Part shown: positions 48,366-60,548 of the stretch, piece by piece
Layout of the letters: the number at the start of each line of letters is the position of its first letter
Position numbering within the stretch: position 1 is the first letter of the stretch
Origin: an uncultured Acidobacteriota bacterium
GTDB taxonomy: Bacteria; Acidobacteriota; Blastocatellia; RBC074
DNA: 64,000 nucleotides
Direction of reading: 5' to 3'
Assembly (NCBI GenBank): GCA_963796275.1
Contig: CAWCKY010000004.1
Span: forward strand, 1,184,001-1,248,000
The notes under the pieces: generated by a model
Told to the model about the DNA's origin: nothing
Database searches by the model: none
The model's input: only the letters and a program-made list of their open reading frames with translations
Program-made: the position numbers and the translations under genes

Positions 48366-48911
48366 ATGCCCTTACCAATCGATGAAGTAATTTCTCGCGC
48401 CCGTAACATACGCCTGCTCCTCACTGACTGCGACGGCGTTTTGACCGATGGCGGCTTATATTACACAGCCGACGGAAAACGGGTTTTTGAAATCACGAAA
48501 GTATTCAATATTCACGACGGCCAGGGATTTCGCCTCGCACAGGATGCCGGATTGAAACTCGGCATCATCAGCGGCCGTGCGTCACCGGCGCTGGCAGCCC
48601 GCGCGCGCGAGCTGCAGATAGATCATCTACATCAAGGCATAGGAAACAAACTCGCAGTTTATGAACAGATCAAAACTGCCGAAAAGATGAGTGACGAAAG
48701 TATCGCCTACATCGGCGATGACCTGCCCGATTTATGCCTGCTGCGCCGGGTCGGATTGTCGATCGCCGTGGCGGACGCTGTGACTGAAATTCGAGAATGC
48801 GCTCATTACCGTACCAGCAAGTGCGGGGGACGTGGGGCGGTCCGCGAAGCGATCGAATTGATCCTGAAGGCTCAGGGTAAGTGGGACGAATTGGTTCAGC
48901 GTTACGAATGA
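48366..48911 (+). CDS. kdsC: KDO 8-phosphate phosphatase (HAD)
   Basis: DCDGVLTDG, FNIHDG.G, ISGR, IGDDLPD, GGRGAVRE. Confidence 0.95.
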   Translation: MPLPIDEVISRARNIRLLLTDCDGVLTDGGLYYTADGKRVFEITKVFNIHDGQGFRLAQDAGLKLGIISGRASPALAARARELQIDHLHQGIGNKLAVYEQIKTAEKMSDESIAYIGDDLPDLCLLRRVGLSIAVADAVTEIRECAHYRTSKCGGRGAVREAIELILKAQGKWDELVQRYE

Positions 48912-50215
48912 AACCGACACACTCGCGACACACATTGCTTCGGCTGATTTTCGCTCTTACGGTCATTACATACCTCGATCGCCTCTGTATATCGGCCGCC
49001 ATGCCAGCAATGTCAACAGAGTTCAATCTTTCACCCATGCAGAAAGGCTGGATTTTCAGCGCATTCACCTTCGCCTACGCCGCATTTGAAATTCCGAGCG
49101 GGTGGCTCGGCGATCGTTTCGGCGCACGGTTGGCTCTCACGCGGATCGTTCTTTGGTGGTCGGCGTTTACCATACTGACCGGCGCGGTCTTCGGATTCTG
49201 GTCGCTTTTCCTCGTTCGATTTCTGTTCGGTGCGGGCGAAGCGGGGGCGTTCCCCAACATCGCGCGCGCCATTTCGTGCTGGTTCCCTTCTCCGGAACAG
49301 GGTCGCGGATTAAGTGTCGCCTTCATCGGATTGGCTGCCGGTTCGGCGATGACCGCGCCTCTCGTCTTCACGATGCTCGAATTTCAAGGCTGGCGGTGGG
49401 CTTTCGTCGAATTCGGTTTGATCGGAGCACTCTGGTGTGCGGTCTGGCATCGCTGGTTCCGCGATCGCCCCGAAGATCATCCTTCGGTCAACGAAGCCGA
49501 ATTGCGCTTGATTCGATCGGACGAGGCCGACGAAATAATGGTCAGTGGCACGCACATCGTTCCATGGCGAGTATTATTCCGGAGCACCAACCTCGCGTTC
49601 ATCTGTCTGATGTATTTCGCATACGGCTACGGATTGTATTTTTACATCACCTGGCTGCCGACTTATCTGCTCGATGCGCGCGGGTTTTCGATCGCGTCGG
49701 CGAAATGGCTCGCGGCGCTCCCTTGGGCGCTGAGCGCGTTGGGGTTTTGGTTCGGAGGCTGGGCGACTGACTATCTGGTGAAGAGGACCGGAAACCTGAA
49801 GGTCGCCCGCTGCGGTCTCGGCGCGGCCGGATATGCCGCCGGCGCGCTCGCGCTCATCGCAGTCGCACAGGTCGACGACGGCATGCTCGCCGCCTGCCTG
49901 CTTGCGCTCGCGCTCTGTTTCCAAACGATGACGATCAGCGCGGCCTGGGCTGTATGCCTGGATGTCGGTAGACAAAACGCGGGCGTAGTCACCGGCTTTA
50001 TGAATACCGTGGGCAATATCGGTGGAGCCATCGCGCCGATAGTCGTAGGCTATGCTGTGAACGAGTGGCACTCCTGGACTTTACCGTTCTACGTGATGGC
50101 AGGAGTATTCGTGTTCGGAATTTTGATGTGGTTGCTGGTCGATCCGGAACGATCGGTGGTGAGAAACGAGTTACCACGAGCGGCAGCGGGCGATCCATCA
50201 ATGATAAACCATTGA
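48908..50215 (+). CDS. MFS transporter (anion:cation symporter-like, probably sugar acid)
   Basis: ITYLDR, GWLGDRFG.R, RFLFGAGEAG.FP, WLPTYL; about 12 TMs; ATGA overlap with kdsC. Confidence 0.9.
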   Translation: MKPTHSRHTLLRLIFALTVITYLDRLCISAAMPAMSTEFNLSPMQKGWIFSAFTFAYAAFEIPSGWLGDRFGARLALTRIVLWWSAFTILTGAVFGFWSLFLVRFLFGAGEAGAFPNIARAISCWFPSPEQGRGLSVAFIGLAAGSAMTAPLVFTMLEFQGWRWAFVEFGLIGALWCAVWHRWFRDRPEDHPSVNEAELRLIRSDEADEIMVSGTHIVPWRVLFRSTNLAFICLMYFAYGYGLYFYITWLPTYLLDARGFSIASAKWLAALPWALSALGFWFGGWATDYLVKRTGNLKVARCGLGAAGYAAGALALIAVAQVDDGMLAACLLALALCFQTMTISAAWAVCLDVGRQNAGVVTGFMNTVGNIGGAIAPIVVGYAVNEWHSWTLPFYVMAGVFVFGILMWLLVDPERSVVRNELPRAAAGDPSMINH

Positions 50216-50239
50216 TGGATCATCGCTCGCGGTACATAT

Positions 50240-50800
<561 letters not shown>

Positions 50801-50804
50801 TTTT

Positions 50805-50906
50805 ATAGTTGATAGTTGACAGTTGATAGTTGATAGTTCGTATATACTGTGTCAACAATAGATACGAATTATCAATTATCAACTGTCAACTATCAATTAT
50901 CAACTA
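50805..50906. repeat. Inverted heptamer element (TAGTTGA)n / (TCAACTA)n
   Basis: Arms flank the core ttcgtatatactgtgtcaacaatagatacgaa. Confidence 0.9.
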
Positions 50907-51371
50907 TGCTCCCTCGGCGTGCATGATCGGGAGGTCGTGCTCGGGCGGGAGGTTTAGAGCTTCTTTGGGAAAATGCTCGGCAAAATAGGTGATCAGGTCT
51001 CGAACTGTGACTACGCCGGCAGCCTTTCCCTGGCTGTCGACGAGCGGAATGTTGCGATAATCGCCATCCTCCATCAAGTACATTGCCGAAATCACCGAAT
51101 CTTCCAGGCTCAACTGCTTAGGATCGAGAGTCATAAAATGATCGACCGGTGTCGTATAACTAACCGGCTCGCCGATGACCTTGTTGAGCAGGTCGCGCTC
51201 GGTGAAAATTCCCACCAGTCTGCCTTCATCGCAAATCAGCGCGCAACCAAGATGCTTCGCCTTCATTGCCTCAACCGCCTCTCCAATGCTAGCCCCTAGT
51301 TCGACCATCGCCGGTGACCGCAATGGGAGATGACGGATCTTTATCTCGCTCAGTTTATCAGCGATCGACAT
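50904..51371 (-). CDS. CBS-domain protein
   Basis: GRLVGIFTERDL, YRNIPLVD. Confidence 0.9.
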   Translation of the reverse strand: MSIADKLSEIKIRHLPLRSPAMVELGASIGEAVEAMKAKHLGCALICDEGRLVGIFTERDLLNKVIGEPVSYTTPVDHFMTLDPKQLSLEDSVISAMYLMEDGDYRNIPLVDSQGKAAGVVTVRDLITYFAEHFPKEALNLPPEHDLPIMHAEGA

Positions 51372-51392
51372 AGGCGGATTCCTCCTGCACGG

Positions 51393-51908
51393 CTAAAAAT
51401 CCAGCCCCGCATATTTGAGAAAATAGTTGGCGACCGACTTGGCGGATATGATTCCGACAGGCTGGCCGTCTCTCACAATGGGCACATGACGATGCTCTTT
51501 CACCGCCATTTTGTTGATGACTATACGTATAGGCGATCTCTCATCGATGGCATCAGGATGTGTACTCATCACCGCTCTCACGTGAAGATGGTTGAGGTCC
51601 ACATCGCGGCCCGCAACTTTATTTAACAGGTCACGCTCGGTAAGGATTCCAATCAGTCTCCCTCCCTCGACCACTACCGCCTGCCCGATGCCTATTGTTT
51701 TTATGCGCGATACAGCGTGAGCGACCGAATCGTCCGGGCTGACCAGTACCAGACGATCATAAGGAATGTGGCTGACCTTGTCCTCCATCAAATGCTGTTG
51801 CAATCCACCTGTTGGCGCAGGCACATCGAAGATGCTCAAATCATGCCTGCACTCGTCGCAATGGTCCAACCCATCAAGGTTCTGATGGCTGCAGTAGGGA
51901 CAGATCAT
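51393..51908 (-). CDS. Zn-ribbon + CBS-domain protein
   Basis: CPYC...CDEC, then GILTERDL and RHVPIV. Confidence 0.9.
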   Translation of the reverse strand: MICPYCSHQNLDGLDHCDECRHDLSIFDVPAPTGGLQQHLMEDKVSHIPYDRLVLVSPDDSVAHAVSRIKTIGIGQAVVVEGGRLIGILTERDLLNKVAGRDVDLNHLHVRAVMSTHPDAIDERSPIRIVINKMAVKEHRHVPIVRDGQPVGIISAKSVANYFLKYAGLDF

Positions 51909-51971
51909 ATAGACCTCCTCAATTTAGCTCTGAAGAGCCGGATCGGAAGTTGATAGCCTTGATGATAATTT

Positions 51972-52075
51972 CAAACTCCGTAGGAATGACATCCGGTGAG
52001 GCCGCTCCTACGGAGTTTGCGAGATGTGAATGATCAAATCCTGCAGAGAATTGGCGTAGGCATTTCGCGCCTACG
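51972..52075. repeat. REP-like palindromes
   Basis: 14-bp perfect inverted repeat caaactccgtagga/tcctacggagtttg, plus cgtaggc...gcctacg. Confidence 0.6.
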
Positions 52076-52149
52076 ATGCCTGGTTCCGTAACTTATGATT
52101 TCGCCAGCTTTCGCCGAATCTTAGTTTGTGCGGCCGTTTTATACAGCCG

Positions 52150-53214
<1,065 letters not shown>

Positions 53215-53239
53215 TTAAATCCACCTCTACAGATTCTCT

Positions 53240-55105
53240 TTACAGATACTCTTTGATTTTGTCGACCAACTCTGTAACTTTGAAAGGCTTGCCCTTGACC
53301 TTCGTGAAGCTGACCGCGTCAACCAGGAACTTCGCGCGCACGAGCAGCGCAAGCTGCCCGAGGTTCAGTTCGGGAATGATCACAGTATCGAATCCTTTCA
53401 AAACATCGCCCAGATTCCGCGGAAAGGGATTGAGATATCGCAGATGGGCGCTGGCAACCGATTGGCCTTTCTCCTGTAACTGTTCGACCGCGGTTGTTAT
53501 CGATCCGAATGTAGACCCCCAGCCCAGTACCAGGACTTTACCCGATGGCGGGCCGAAGACTTCGAGGTCCGGAATGTCCTGCTGCATGCGCTGAATCTTC
53601 TCGGCCCGCAGGCGCACCATGAAGTCGTGGTTATCGGGATCATAGCTGACGTTGCCCGTGATGTTCTGTTTCTCCAAACCGCCGATTCGATGCTCGAGAC
53701 CCGGCGTGCCCGGGACCGCCCACGGTCGCGAGAGCGTCCGCTCATCGCGCAGATACGGAAGGTAACCTTCCGGTTCGGTGCGGAATTCGACCTTCATCTC
53801 AGGCAGATCCTCAACTCGCTGTATCTCCCACGGCTCGCTGCCATTGCCCAGATAACCGTCCGAAAGGAAGAAGACCGGCGCCATATACTTGGTCGCCAGT
53901 CGAACCGCCTCGATGGCCATCGTAAAACAATTGGCGGGAGTAGACGGTGCGACGATGCCGACCGGGCATTCGCTGTTGCGTCCGAACATCGCCTGCAGCA
54001 GATCGGCCTGTTCGGTCTTGGTCGGCAGCCCCGTCGAGGGGCCCCCGCGCTGGACATCGATGATGACCAGCGGCAATTCGGTCATTACCGCCAGACCGAT
54101 CGCCTCCGACTTGAGCGCAACGCCGGGCCCGCTCGTTCCCGTCAGTCCAATGTGGCCGGCGAACGCCGAGCCGATCGCCGCGCCGATCGCCGAGATCTCA
54201 TCTTCCGCCTGGAAAGTTTTGACGCCGAAATTCTTATGCTTCGAGAGCTCATGCAGAATATCCGAGGCAGGCGTAATCGGATAGCTACCGTAAAAGAGCG
54301 GGCGGCCTGTCAGCTGCGCCGCGGTGATAAATCCGATGGCTGTCGCTTCGTTGCCCGTGATGTTGCGGTACTTGCCGGGTTTGATCCGGGCGCGGCCGAC
54401 GTGATAGTGGACGGTGAAAATCTCGGTCGTGTCGGCATAGTTATAACCGGCTTTCAGAGCCATGACGTTGGCCTCGGCGATTTCCGGCTTGGCGCCGAAC
54501 TTCTCGTCTATCCACTTGAGCGTGGTCTCCATCGGACGGTCATAGAGCCAGTACATCAATCCGAGCGCATAAAAATTCTTACAGCGCTCTTGTTGCTTGA
54601 ACGGCATTTTCGAACCTTCGAGCGCCTTGAGCGTCAGGGAGGTGAGCGGCACCTTGAACAGCCGGAATCCCGAGAGCGAGCCGTCTTCGAGCGGATTCGC
54701 CGTGTAGCCGGCTTTCTTCAGGTTGTTATCGTTGAATTCATCGGTATTGACGACCAGTATTCCGCCCGGTTCAAGGTCTTTGATGTTGACCTTTAAAGCC
54801 GCCGGATTCATGGCGACCAGCACGTTGGGCTCGTCGCCTGGCGTGCGAATGTCGCGGCTGCTGAAATTGAGCTGATAACCCGATACGCCGGGAAGGCTGC
54901 CGGCCGGGGCGCGAATCTCCGCCGGGAAATCGGGCAGCGTTGAAATGTCATTCCCGATAATCGCCGCAGTCGAGGTGAATTGCGTCCCGGTCACCTGCAT
55001 ACCATCGCCCGAGTCTCCGGCAAATCTTATCGTTACAGTCTCGATGTCCTCGACCGGGGCATGCCGTTTTACCGGTTCTTCTGTTGTTGTGGATGTGACA
55101 GACAT
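53240..55105 (-). CDS. korA: 2-oxoacid:ferredoxin oxidoreductase alpha subunit
   Basis: [41 protein letters not shown]. Confidence 0.95.
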   Translation of the reverse strand: MSVTSTTTEEPVKRHAPVEDIETVTIRFAGDSGDGMQVTGTQFTSTAAIIGNDISTLPDFPAEIRAPAGSLPGVSGYQLNFSSRDIRTPGDEPNVLVAMNPAALKVNIKDLEPGGILVVNTDEFNDNNLKKAGYTANPLEDGSLSGFRLFKVPLTSLTLKALEGSKMPFKQQERCKNFYALGLMYWLYDRPMETTLKWIDEKFGAKPEIAEANVMALKAGYNYADTTEIFTVHYHVGRARIKPGKYRNITGNEATAIGFITAAQLTGRPLFYGSYPITPASDILHELSKHKNFGVKTFQAEDEISAIGAAIGSAFAGHIGLTGTSGPGVALKSEAIGLAVMTELPLVIIDVQRGGPSTGLPTKTEQADLLQAMFGRNSECPVGIVAPSTPANCFTMAIEAVRLATKYMAPVFFLSDGYLGNGSEPWEIQRVEDLPEMKVEFRTEPEGYLPYLRDERTLSRPWAVPGTPGLEHRIGGLEKQNITGNVSYDPDNHDFMVRLRAEKIQRMQQDIPDLEVFGPPSGKVLVLGWGSTFGSITTAVEQLQEKGQSVASAHLRYLNPFPRNLGDVLKGFDTVIIPELNLGQLALLVRAKFLVDAVSFTKVKGKPFKVTELVDKIKEYL

Positions 55106-55149
55106 TTTGGTTTTAACTCCGTCAGGGCTTAATTATTTAGTTTCTTAGT

Positions 55150-55280
55150 TTACACTCTCCTCCTCCGTAATGCACCCTTGGCATTGACGGCTCATCCAGG
55201 CCTAATAAGGAACCCATCAGGGCTAACTTGGGGGTGGCCACGTTGAGATAGAGTACGAGGCGGAAGACACAGGGTCGCTC
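55150..55280 (-). ncRNA. Candidate structured leader or 6S-like RNA upstream of korA
   Basis: TATACT on the minus strand at ~55286-55291; the downstream sequence folds by eye into a long irregular hairpin with a central bubble. Confidence 0.25.
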
Positions 55281-55458
55281 AAACTAGTATAGATCAATAT
55301 AAATTGGTATAGCCAACAAGAGGATAATAGCATGCCCAGAGAAGATTCTCCACAAAACTGCAGAGGTACGGAAGTCGGTAAAAACTCTTTTCTTCCCGCC
55401 TCCCCGCTTTCCGCCTCCCTTTGTGAGCCCCGGTTTGAAGATCGGCACCATAATTTGG

Positions 55459-55498
55459 TAACCAAAACGTTGACAATATCCAAGCCGCCCCATATCAT
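55459..55498 (+). promoter_or_regulatory. Sigma70 promoter overlapped by a SufR-type operator
   Basis: TTGACA 55470-55475, 17 bp, TATCAT 55493-55498; TAAC-N6-GTTG at 55459-55472. Confidence 0.65.
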
Positions 55499-55504
55499 CG
55501 TTTC

Positions 55505-56182
55505 ATGTCAGTCGCAGCCGTCGAAAATATATTGAAGGAGTCACGCAGCGCCATCATCGACCTGCTGAAGATAAATGGCGCGATGAGCGTCGAGGAGTTG
55601 GCGGACGAATTAAAAGTATCCAAGGTCTGCATTCGCCGCCACCTGAACTTGCTCAAGAGCGACGGGCTGATAAGTTATGAGGAGGAACATCGCCAACGCG
55701 GCCGTCCCCGCTTCATCTACCGGCTGACCGAAAAAGCGCGCTGCTTCTTTCCGCAGACATACGATGAATTTGCGAAAGAGGTGCTGGTGCAGCTGCAACG
55801 CCAGTTCGGCGATGAGGGGTTGCAGCGGGTGCTCAGCGCGCGCGCGGATGTTCTGATCGCGCAGATCAAGGAAGAGCTGAAGGATATGGGCTTCGACGAT
55901 CGCGTCAAATGCCTGGCCAATTTGATCAGCAAAAAGGGATACCTGGCTGATGTGCGGCGGCTGAAAGATGGCGCCTATCGACTGCGACAGCGCAATTGCC
56001 CGACTGAAAACGTCGCGGTGGCTTACCCTCACGTCTGCGACGAGGAAGTGCGAGTCTACAGTGAGTCTTTGGGATGCGCGGTGGTACGCGAATGCAGAAT
56101 TGCCGATGGAGCGCGCGTGTGTGAATTCAGGATCGCTCCGCCCAGGCTCACGCAGATCTCCCGTAAGTCGAGAAAAGTATAA
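55505..56182 (+). CDS. SufR-like Fe-S-sensing transcription regulator
   Basis: N-terminal HTH (IRRHL..L...G, GRP...Y.LT), FPQ.Y, C-x12-C-x12-C-x14-C. Confidence 0.85.
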   Translation: MSVAAVENILKESRSAIIDLLKINGAMSVEELADELKVSKVCIRRHLNLLKSDGLISYEEEHRQRGRPRFIYRLTEKARCFFPQTYDEFAKEVLVQLQRQFGDEGLQRVLSARADVLIAQIKEELKDMGFDDRVKCLANLISKKGYLADVRRLKDGAYRLRQRNCPTENVAVAYPHVCDEEVRVYSESLGCAVVRECRIADGARVCEFRIAPPRLTQISRKSRKV

Positions 56183-56305
56183 TCACAAATTCATTCTGTT
56201 TTTTGTGAGAATGTTTTTTGAATAAACGGTTGATGACGAGGAACGACTGCGTAATGCAATCAAATTCCCGTTTCAACCCGTAGCGTTACGAGAATATTTT
56301 TTAAA

Positions 56306-57409
56306 ATGAGCGAAACAATCACAACACCAATCACCGAGGATTTGATCCTCAATGCCTTGCGGGCCGTTAAGGACCCGGACCTGCACAAAGATATCGTGTC
56401 CTTGAACATGATCCGCGACGTCAAGATATGCGGTGGCATAGTAAGTTTCCGTTTTGTCCTGACCACTCCGGCCTGCCCCGTCCGCGATCAACTCAAATTT
56501 GAAGCGGAGAAGTCGGTTTATTCGATACCGGGCGTAGAGCGGGTCGAGGTGAAAATGGACGCCGAAGTGCCGAAGGCGCGCGGCGTTCTCGATAAGACCG
56601 AAATAGCCGGCATCAAACACATCATCGCTGTCAGCTCGGGCAAGGGCGGCGTCGGCAAATCAACCGTCGCCGTCAACCTCGCTGTCTCGCTTGCTCTGAT
56701 GGGGGCCAAGACCGGCATTCTTGACACCGACGTATACGGGCCGAACGTGCCGATAATGATGGGCGGGAAGGACATGCCTTTGGCGCGCGGCAATTTCATC
56801 GTTCCTCCGGTTTATCATGGCGTTAAGACTATGTCGATCGGTCTCCTCAATCCGGGAGACAAAGCCATCGTGTGGCGCGGACCGATGCTGCACACCGCGG
56901 TGTCGCAATTCCTGCGCCAGGTTGAATGGGGCGAGCTCGATTACCTGGTCGTCGATATGCCGCCCGGCACCGGAGACGTACAACTTAGTCTGGCACAAAT
57001 GGTATCTCTCGCCGGCGCCGTACTCGTAACGACGCCGCAGGAAGTCGCGCTGGGCGATGTGCGCAAAGCTTACAACATGTTCGACCAACTCCACGTCCCG
57101 GTACTGGGCATCGTCGAGAATATGAGCTATTTCGAATGCCCGAATGACGGGAACAAATACTTCATATTCGGCAATGGCGGAGGAGAGGCGCTGGCGGAGA
57201 GTTACGACCTTCCCTTCCTCGGGGGGATACCTATTGCGATCAACATTCGCGAAGGCGGTGACCTGGGTGTGCCGATCGTCATCGGCCAACCCGATAGTCC
57301 GCAAGCGAAGGCATTCGCTCAGGTCGCGCAGAACATCGCCGCGCAGGTTAGCATTGGGGCAATTAAGGCGAACAAAACCCTGCCCGTGCTCAATCTGCCA
57401 AAGAAATAG
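56306..57409 (+). CDS. mrp: Mrp/ApbC (NBP35) Fe-S carrier ATPase
   Basis: V.DPDL, TTPACP, SGKGGVGKST, WRGPM, DMPPGTGD, ENMS..CP. Confidence 0.97.
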   Translation: MSETITTPITEDLILNALRAVKDPDLHKDIVSLNMIRDVKICGGIVSFRFVLTTPACPVRDQLKFEAEKSVYSIPGVERVEVKMDAEVPKARGVLDKTEIAGIKHIIAVSSGKGGVGKSTVAVNLAVSLALMGAKTGILDTDVYGPNVPIMMGGKDMPLARGNFIVPPVYHGVKTMSIGLLNPGDKAIVWRGPMLHTAVSQFLRQVEWGELDYLVVDMPPGTGDVQLSLAQMVSLAGAVLVTTPQEVALGDVRKAYNMFDQLHVPVLGIVENMSYFECPNDGNKYFIFGNGGGEALAESYDLPFLGGIPIAINIREGGDLGVPIVIGQPDSPQAKAFAQVAQNIAAQVSIGAIKANKTLPVLNLPKK

Positions 57410-57489
57410 ATGAAATACGAAGATGCCGATGAGAAATGTTTTTCATCTTCTTCGCTTCTTAGCGTTTTATATTTTCCGAGGGAGGGTTG

Positions 57490-57577
57490 TTGACGACATT
57501 TCTTGAGATCGATATTATCTTAAGCATTCGATATGGGAATTCGATCCAAAAGTTCGATCTGAAAGTTCGATCCGAAA
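57490..57577 (+). promoter_or_regulatory. Sigma70 promoter followed by four 13-bp direct repeats
   Basis: TTGACG-17bp-TATTAT; repeat units start at 57526, 57539, 57552 and 57565 (core TTCGAT). Confidence 0.6.
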
Positions 57578-57672
57578 AGATGGCAACAATTATTACTCGA
57601 AAAGGTAACAGCGGCCGGAAGAATTGCTAGCCGGCGATGGGCAACAATTACACAGAAAAGGAGAATGTGATA

Positions 57673-58002
57673 ATGATTTTAACTATGACAGATATGGCGG
57701 CCACTGAGGTGAAGAAATTCCTCGAAGCAGAAAGCATGGGCAACGATGGCGGTTTGCGCGTCCGCGTCGTCCCCGGTGGTTGTTCCGGTTTCCAGTACGC
57801 GATGAACATCGAGGAGTCGCCACAGACAACTGACGAAATAGTTGAGACCGGCGGCCTCCGTGTCTTCGTCGATATGTTCAGCGCCCAATATCTGGAAAAT
57901 GTGCAGATCGACTATGTCAACAGCGTGATGGGATCGGGCTTCACATTCAATAACCCGAACTCGACCGGCGGTTGCGGTTGCGGCAGCTCTTTCACCGCTT
58001 AA
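57673..58002 (+). CDS. A-type Fe-S carrier (IscA/ErpA/HesB)
   Basis: GGCSGFQY, GF.FNNPN, CGCGSSF. Confidence 0.96.
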   Translation: MILTMTDMAATEVKKFLEAESMGNDGGLRVRVVPGGCSGFQYAMNIEESPQTTDEIVETGGLRVFVDMFSAQYLENVQIDYVNSVMGSGFTFNNPNSTGGCGCGSSFTA

Positions 58003-58024
58003 ATCCTCTCGGGCCATCAGAGAT

Positions 58025-58059
58025 ACGGCTTCCGCACCGAGAGGGTGGGAGCCGTTTTT
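58025..58059 (+). terminator. Rho-independent terminator
   Basis: acggcttccgcacc gaga gggtgggagccgt followed by a T run. Confidence 0.8.
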
Positions 58060-58072
58060 CTATCCCAAATGC

Positions 58073-58132
58073 TAATCAGTAATAATTATTGTTATTGAAA
58101 GCTTGACAGTGTGAAAATCAGGTGGCTAAGAT
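58073..58132 (+). promoter_or_regulatory. Putative Fur/Per box and sigma70 promoter
   Basis: AT-rich palindrome aataattatt upstream of TTGACA (58103)-18bp-TAAGAT, directly before the Fur-family gene. Confidence 0.55.
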
Positions 58133-58202
58133 TGGATGAGAGCCAGGTTGCCCTGCTGCCCCACTACCCCGTTGCCCCTATTGCTCATTTAACGCTCACG
58201 CG

Positions 58203-58637
58203 ATGAACCACCGCAATACCAAACAGAGGCGGGTGATCCTTGACACCGTTGAACGCCATGGAGGTCATTTGACGGCTGACGAGATCTATCAACTCGCCAG
58301 GCGGCGCCATCCGCATTTGAGCCTCGGAACGGTCTATCGTAACTTGCGCGTGCTCGCCGCTCAGGGCGCGGTGCGAGAACTCGATTTCGGTATGGCGGTC
58401 ACCTATTTTGAGACTACCAAAGACCCGCACTATCACCTGATCTGCCGCGTTTGCGAGCGGATTGTTGATGTGGAGATGCCGATCGAACGTGGCCTGATGA
58501 AGATGGTGATGCGAACGCCGGGTATCGGCGGCTTTCAGATCGAAGAACATCGTCTTGATTTTATAGGCGTCTGCGCGGCCTGCCGGAATTCCGACAAAAA
58601 GGGCCCTGCGAAACAGCGGACGCTCAAAGCTCGATAA
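58203..58637 (+). CDS. Fur-family regulator (PerR-like)
   Basis: TKQRR.I, H.TADEIY, SLGTVYRNL, HYHLICRVC, GVCAAC. Confidence 0.93.
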   Translation: MNHRNTKQRRVILDTVERHGGHLTADEIYQLARRRHPHLSLGTVYRNLRVLAAQGAVRELDFGMAVTYFETTKDPHYHLICRVCERIVDVEMPIERGLMKMVMRTPGIGGFQIEEHRLDFIGVCAACRNSDKKGPAKQRTLKAR

Positions 58638-58661
58638 CAATCACATCCGTAGGAGGAATAA

Positions 58662-59081
58662 ATGCCAGTTCTTGCAGATACCAAAACCCATGCGAATTTA
58701 AAACACGCGTTCGCCGGTGAATCGCAGGCGAATCGCCGTTATCTATACTTCGCGCGCCAGGCGGATATCGAGGGTTATCCCGATCTCGCCGGTTTGTTCC
58801 GCGACACGGCTGAAGGCGAAACGGGTCATGCTCATGGCCATCTGGACATGTTGAAGGAAGTCGGCGATCCGGCGACCGGCGAGCCCATCGGTAACACCTC
58901 GAAGAACCTTAAAGCAGCAATTGCAGGCGAGACCTATGAATACACCGAGATGTATCCGGGATTCGCCCGCACAGCCCGCGAAGAGGGTTTTGAAGAGATC
59001 GCGGAATGGTTCGAGACGCTCGCACGGGCTGAGCGTTCACACGCGGGTCGTTTCCAGAAAGGGCTCGATTCGATTTCATAA
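58662..59081 (+). CDS. Short rubrerythrin (no rubredoxin domain)
   Basis: [35 protein letters not shown]. Confidence 0.96.
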   Translation: MPVLADTKTHANLKHAFAGESQANRRYLYFARQADIEGYPDLAGLFRDTAEGETGHAHGHLDMLKEVGDPATGEPIGNTSKNLKAAIAGETYEYTEMYPGFARTAREEGFEEIAEWFETLARAERSHAGRFQKGLDSIS

Positions 59082-59233
59082 TTGGTTGTCGGATTTGTCG
59101 GATATCGGTTGTCGGTTGTCGGTTGTCGGAAGCAATTCGCGAGTTTGTCAATGCGAACCGGCAACCGATAACCGATAACCGATAACCGATATCCGTCAAC
59201 CGACAACCGATATCCGACAACCGATATCCGACT
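59082..59233. repeat. Inverted heptamer element (GGTTGTC)n / (AACCGAT)n
   Basis: Tandem ggttgtc units, a spacer, then tandem aaccgat/aaccgac units. Confidence 0.9.
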
Positions 59234-59237
59234 GAAT

Positions 59238-60545
59238 ATGCTCGAACAAGGCGATCTCTCATCTGTTCCGGTCGAGTGGGATAAGACCGAGTATTTGGAC
59301 GGGAAATCTCTCGATAAGGAGTTGCGGCGCCAATACGATGTCTGCAATTCCTGCCGTCTCTGTTTTAACCTCTGCCCCGGCTTCCCGAAACTCTTTGAAC
59401 ATTTCGACAGCGACGAGGTCGATGCCGAAGCGGACAAGCTGACCGGAGCACAACTCTGGGAATTCGTCGACCTCTGTTACAATTGCAAGCTCTGCTTCAT
59501 CAAATGCCCATACACGCCTCCGCATAAATTCCTGATCGATATTCCGAAGCTCGTCATGCGGGCCCGCGCAATCGAAACTAACGAAAATGGGACAGACCTG
59601 CGCGAAAAGATGCTGAGCAGCCCCGATGAAATCGGGCCGCTTGCCAGCAAGGCGGCGCCGCTCGTTAATTTCGGCAATGGAAACAGGGTTAATCGCATCC
59701 TGATGGAGAAGACTATCGGCATCCATCGCGATAAAATCCTGCCCCGTTTTCACACCGAGACATTCGAAAGATGGTTCAAGAAGAACATCGGCAAGGCGAC
59801 TTTCACGCCTAGGACGAAAGTCGCGATCTTTCATACCTGCATCGTCAATTACAACGAGCCGCAGATTGGGAAGGCCACCGTGAAGATTCTCGAGAAGAAC
59901 CTGGTGGGCGTCATAGATCCGCCGGGACAGCGATGCTGCGGAATGCCATACCTGGACAGCGGTCGGATCGATGATGCACTCGAACATTTCCGCGACAACG
60001 TGAAGGCGCTCCTGCCGTATGTACGTCAAGGTTATGACATCGTAGTGCCCGAGCCGACCTGCGGAATGATGCTCAAGAAGGAATACATAAATTATCTTCA
60101 AGGTGAGGAGCATGCGCAGGCGGCTGAGGTTTCAAAACGCGTATATGATGTGTCGGAATACATGGTCAAACTCAACAGCGAGGGCAGGCTCAACCGGGAA
60201 TTTACGGTCAACCCCGGCAAAGTGGCGTATCACCAACCCTGTCATCTGAAATACCAGGCAATCGGGACCAAGACGATTGAACTCTTGCGGCTGGCGGGTG
60301 CAGAAGTAATCTTCATCGACAAAGGCTGCTCGGGACACGACGGAACCTGGTCCATGAAGAGAGAATACTTCAATCTGGCGCAGAAGGTGGCCCGCGGGCT
60401 ACACCGCGGAGTGAACGAATCGGGCGCCGATCAGGTAGTTACGGATTGCTCGCTCGCCGGACTCCAGATAACTCAGGGCACCGGCCGCAAAACAATTCAT
60501 CCGATCGAACTGGTCGCTAAAGCTTATGGAATCGATCCTGAGTAG
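59238..60545 (+). CDS. Rubrerythrin-associated Fe-S oxidoreductase (GlpC/HdrD-like, CCG domains)
   Basis: [37 protein letters not shown]. Confidence 0.9.
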   Translation: MLEQGDLSSVPVEWDKTEYLDGKSLDKELRRQYDVCNSCRLCFNLCPGFPKLFEHFDSDEVDAEADKLTGAQLWEFVDLCYNCKLCFIKCPYTPPHKFLIDIPKLVMRARAIETNENGTDLREKMLSSPDEIGPLASKAAPLVNFGNGNRVNRILMEKTIGIHRDKILPRFHTETFERWFKKNIGKATFTPRTKVAIFHTCIVNYNEPQIGKATVKILEKNLVGVIDPPGQRCCGMPYLDSGRIDDALEHFRDNVKALLPYVRQGYDIVVPEPTCGMMLKKEYINYLQGEEHAQAAEVSKRVYDVSEYMVKLNSEGRLNREFTVNPGKVAYHQPCHLKYQAIGTKTIELLRLAGAEVIFIDKGCSGHDGTWSMKREYFNLAQKVARGLHRGVNESGADQVVTDCSLAGLQITQGTGRKTIHPIELVAKAYGIDPE

Positions 60546-60548
60546 TTT

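Noticed and set aside
53627-54796. Long antisense ORFs (also 19777-20610, 47277-48014, 59259-60113, 4577-5278, 17233-17988)
   Set aside because: Shadows of well-supported opposite-strand genes, expected with GC-rich codon usage; no motifs.
58909-59262. ORF with YRLSVIG-type repeats (also 50616-50882, 34198-34383)
   Set aside because: Spurious translations of the heptamer repeat elements.
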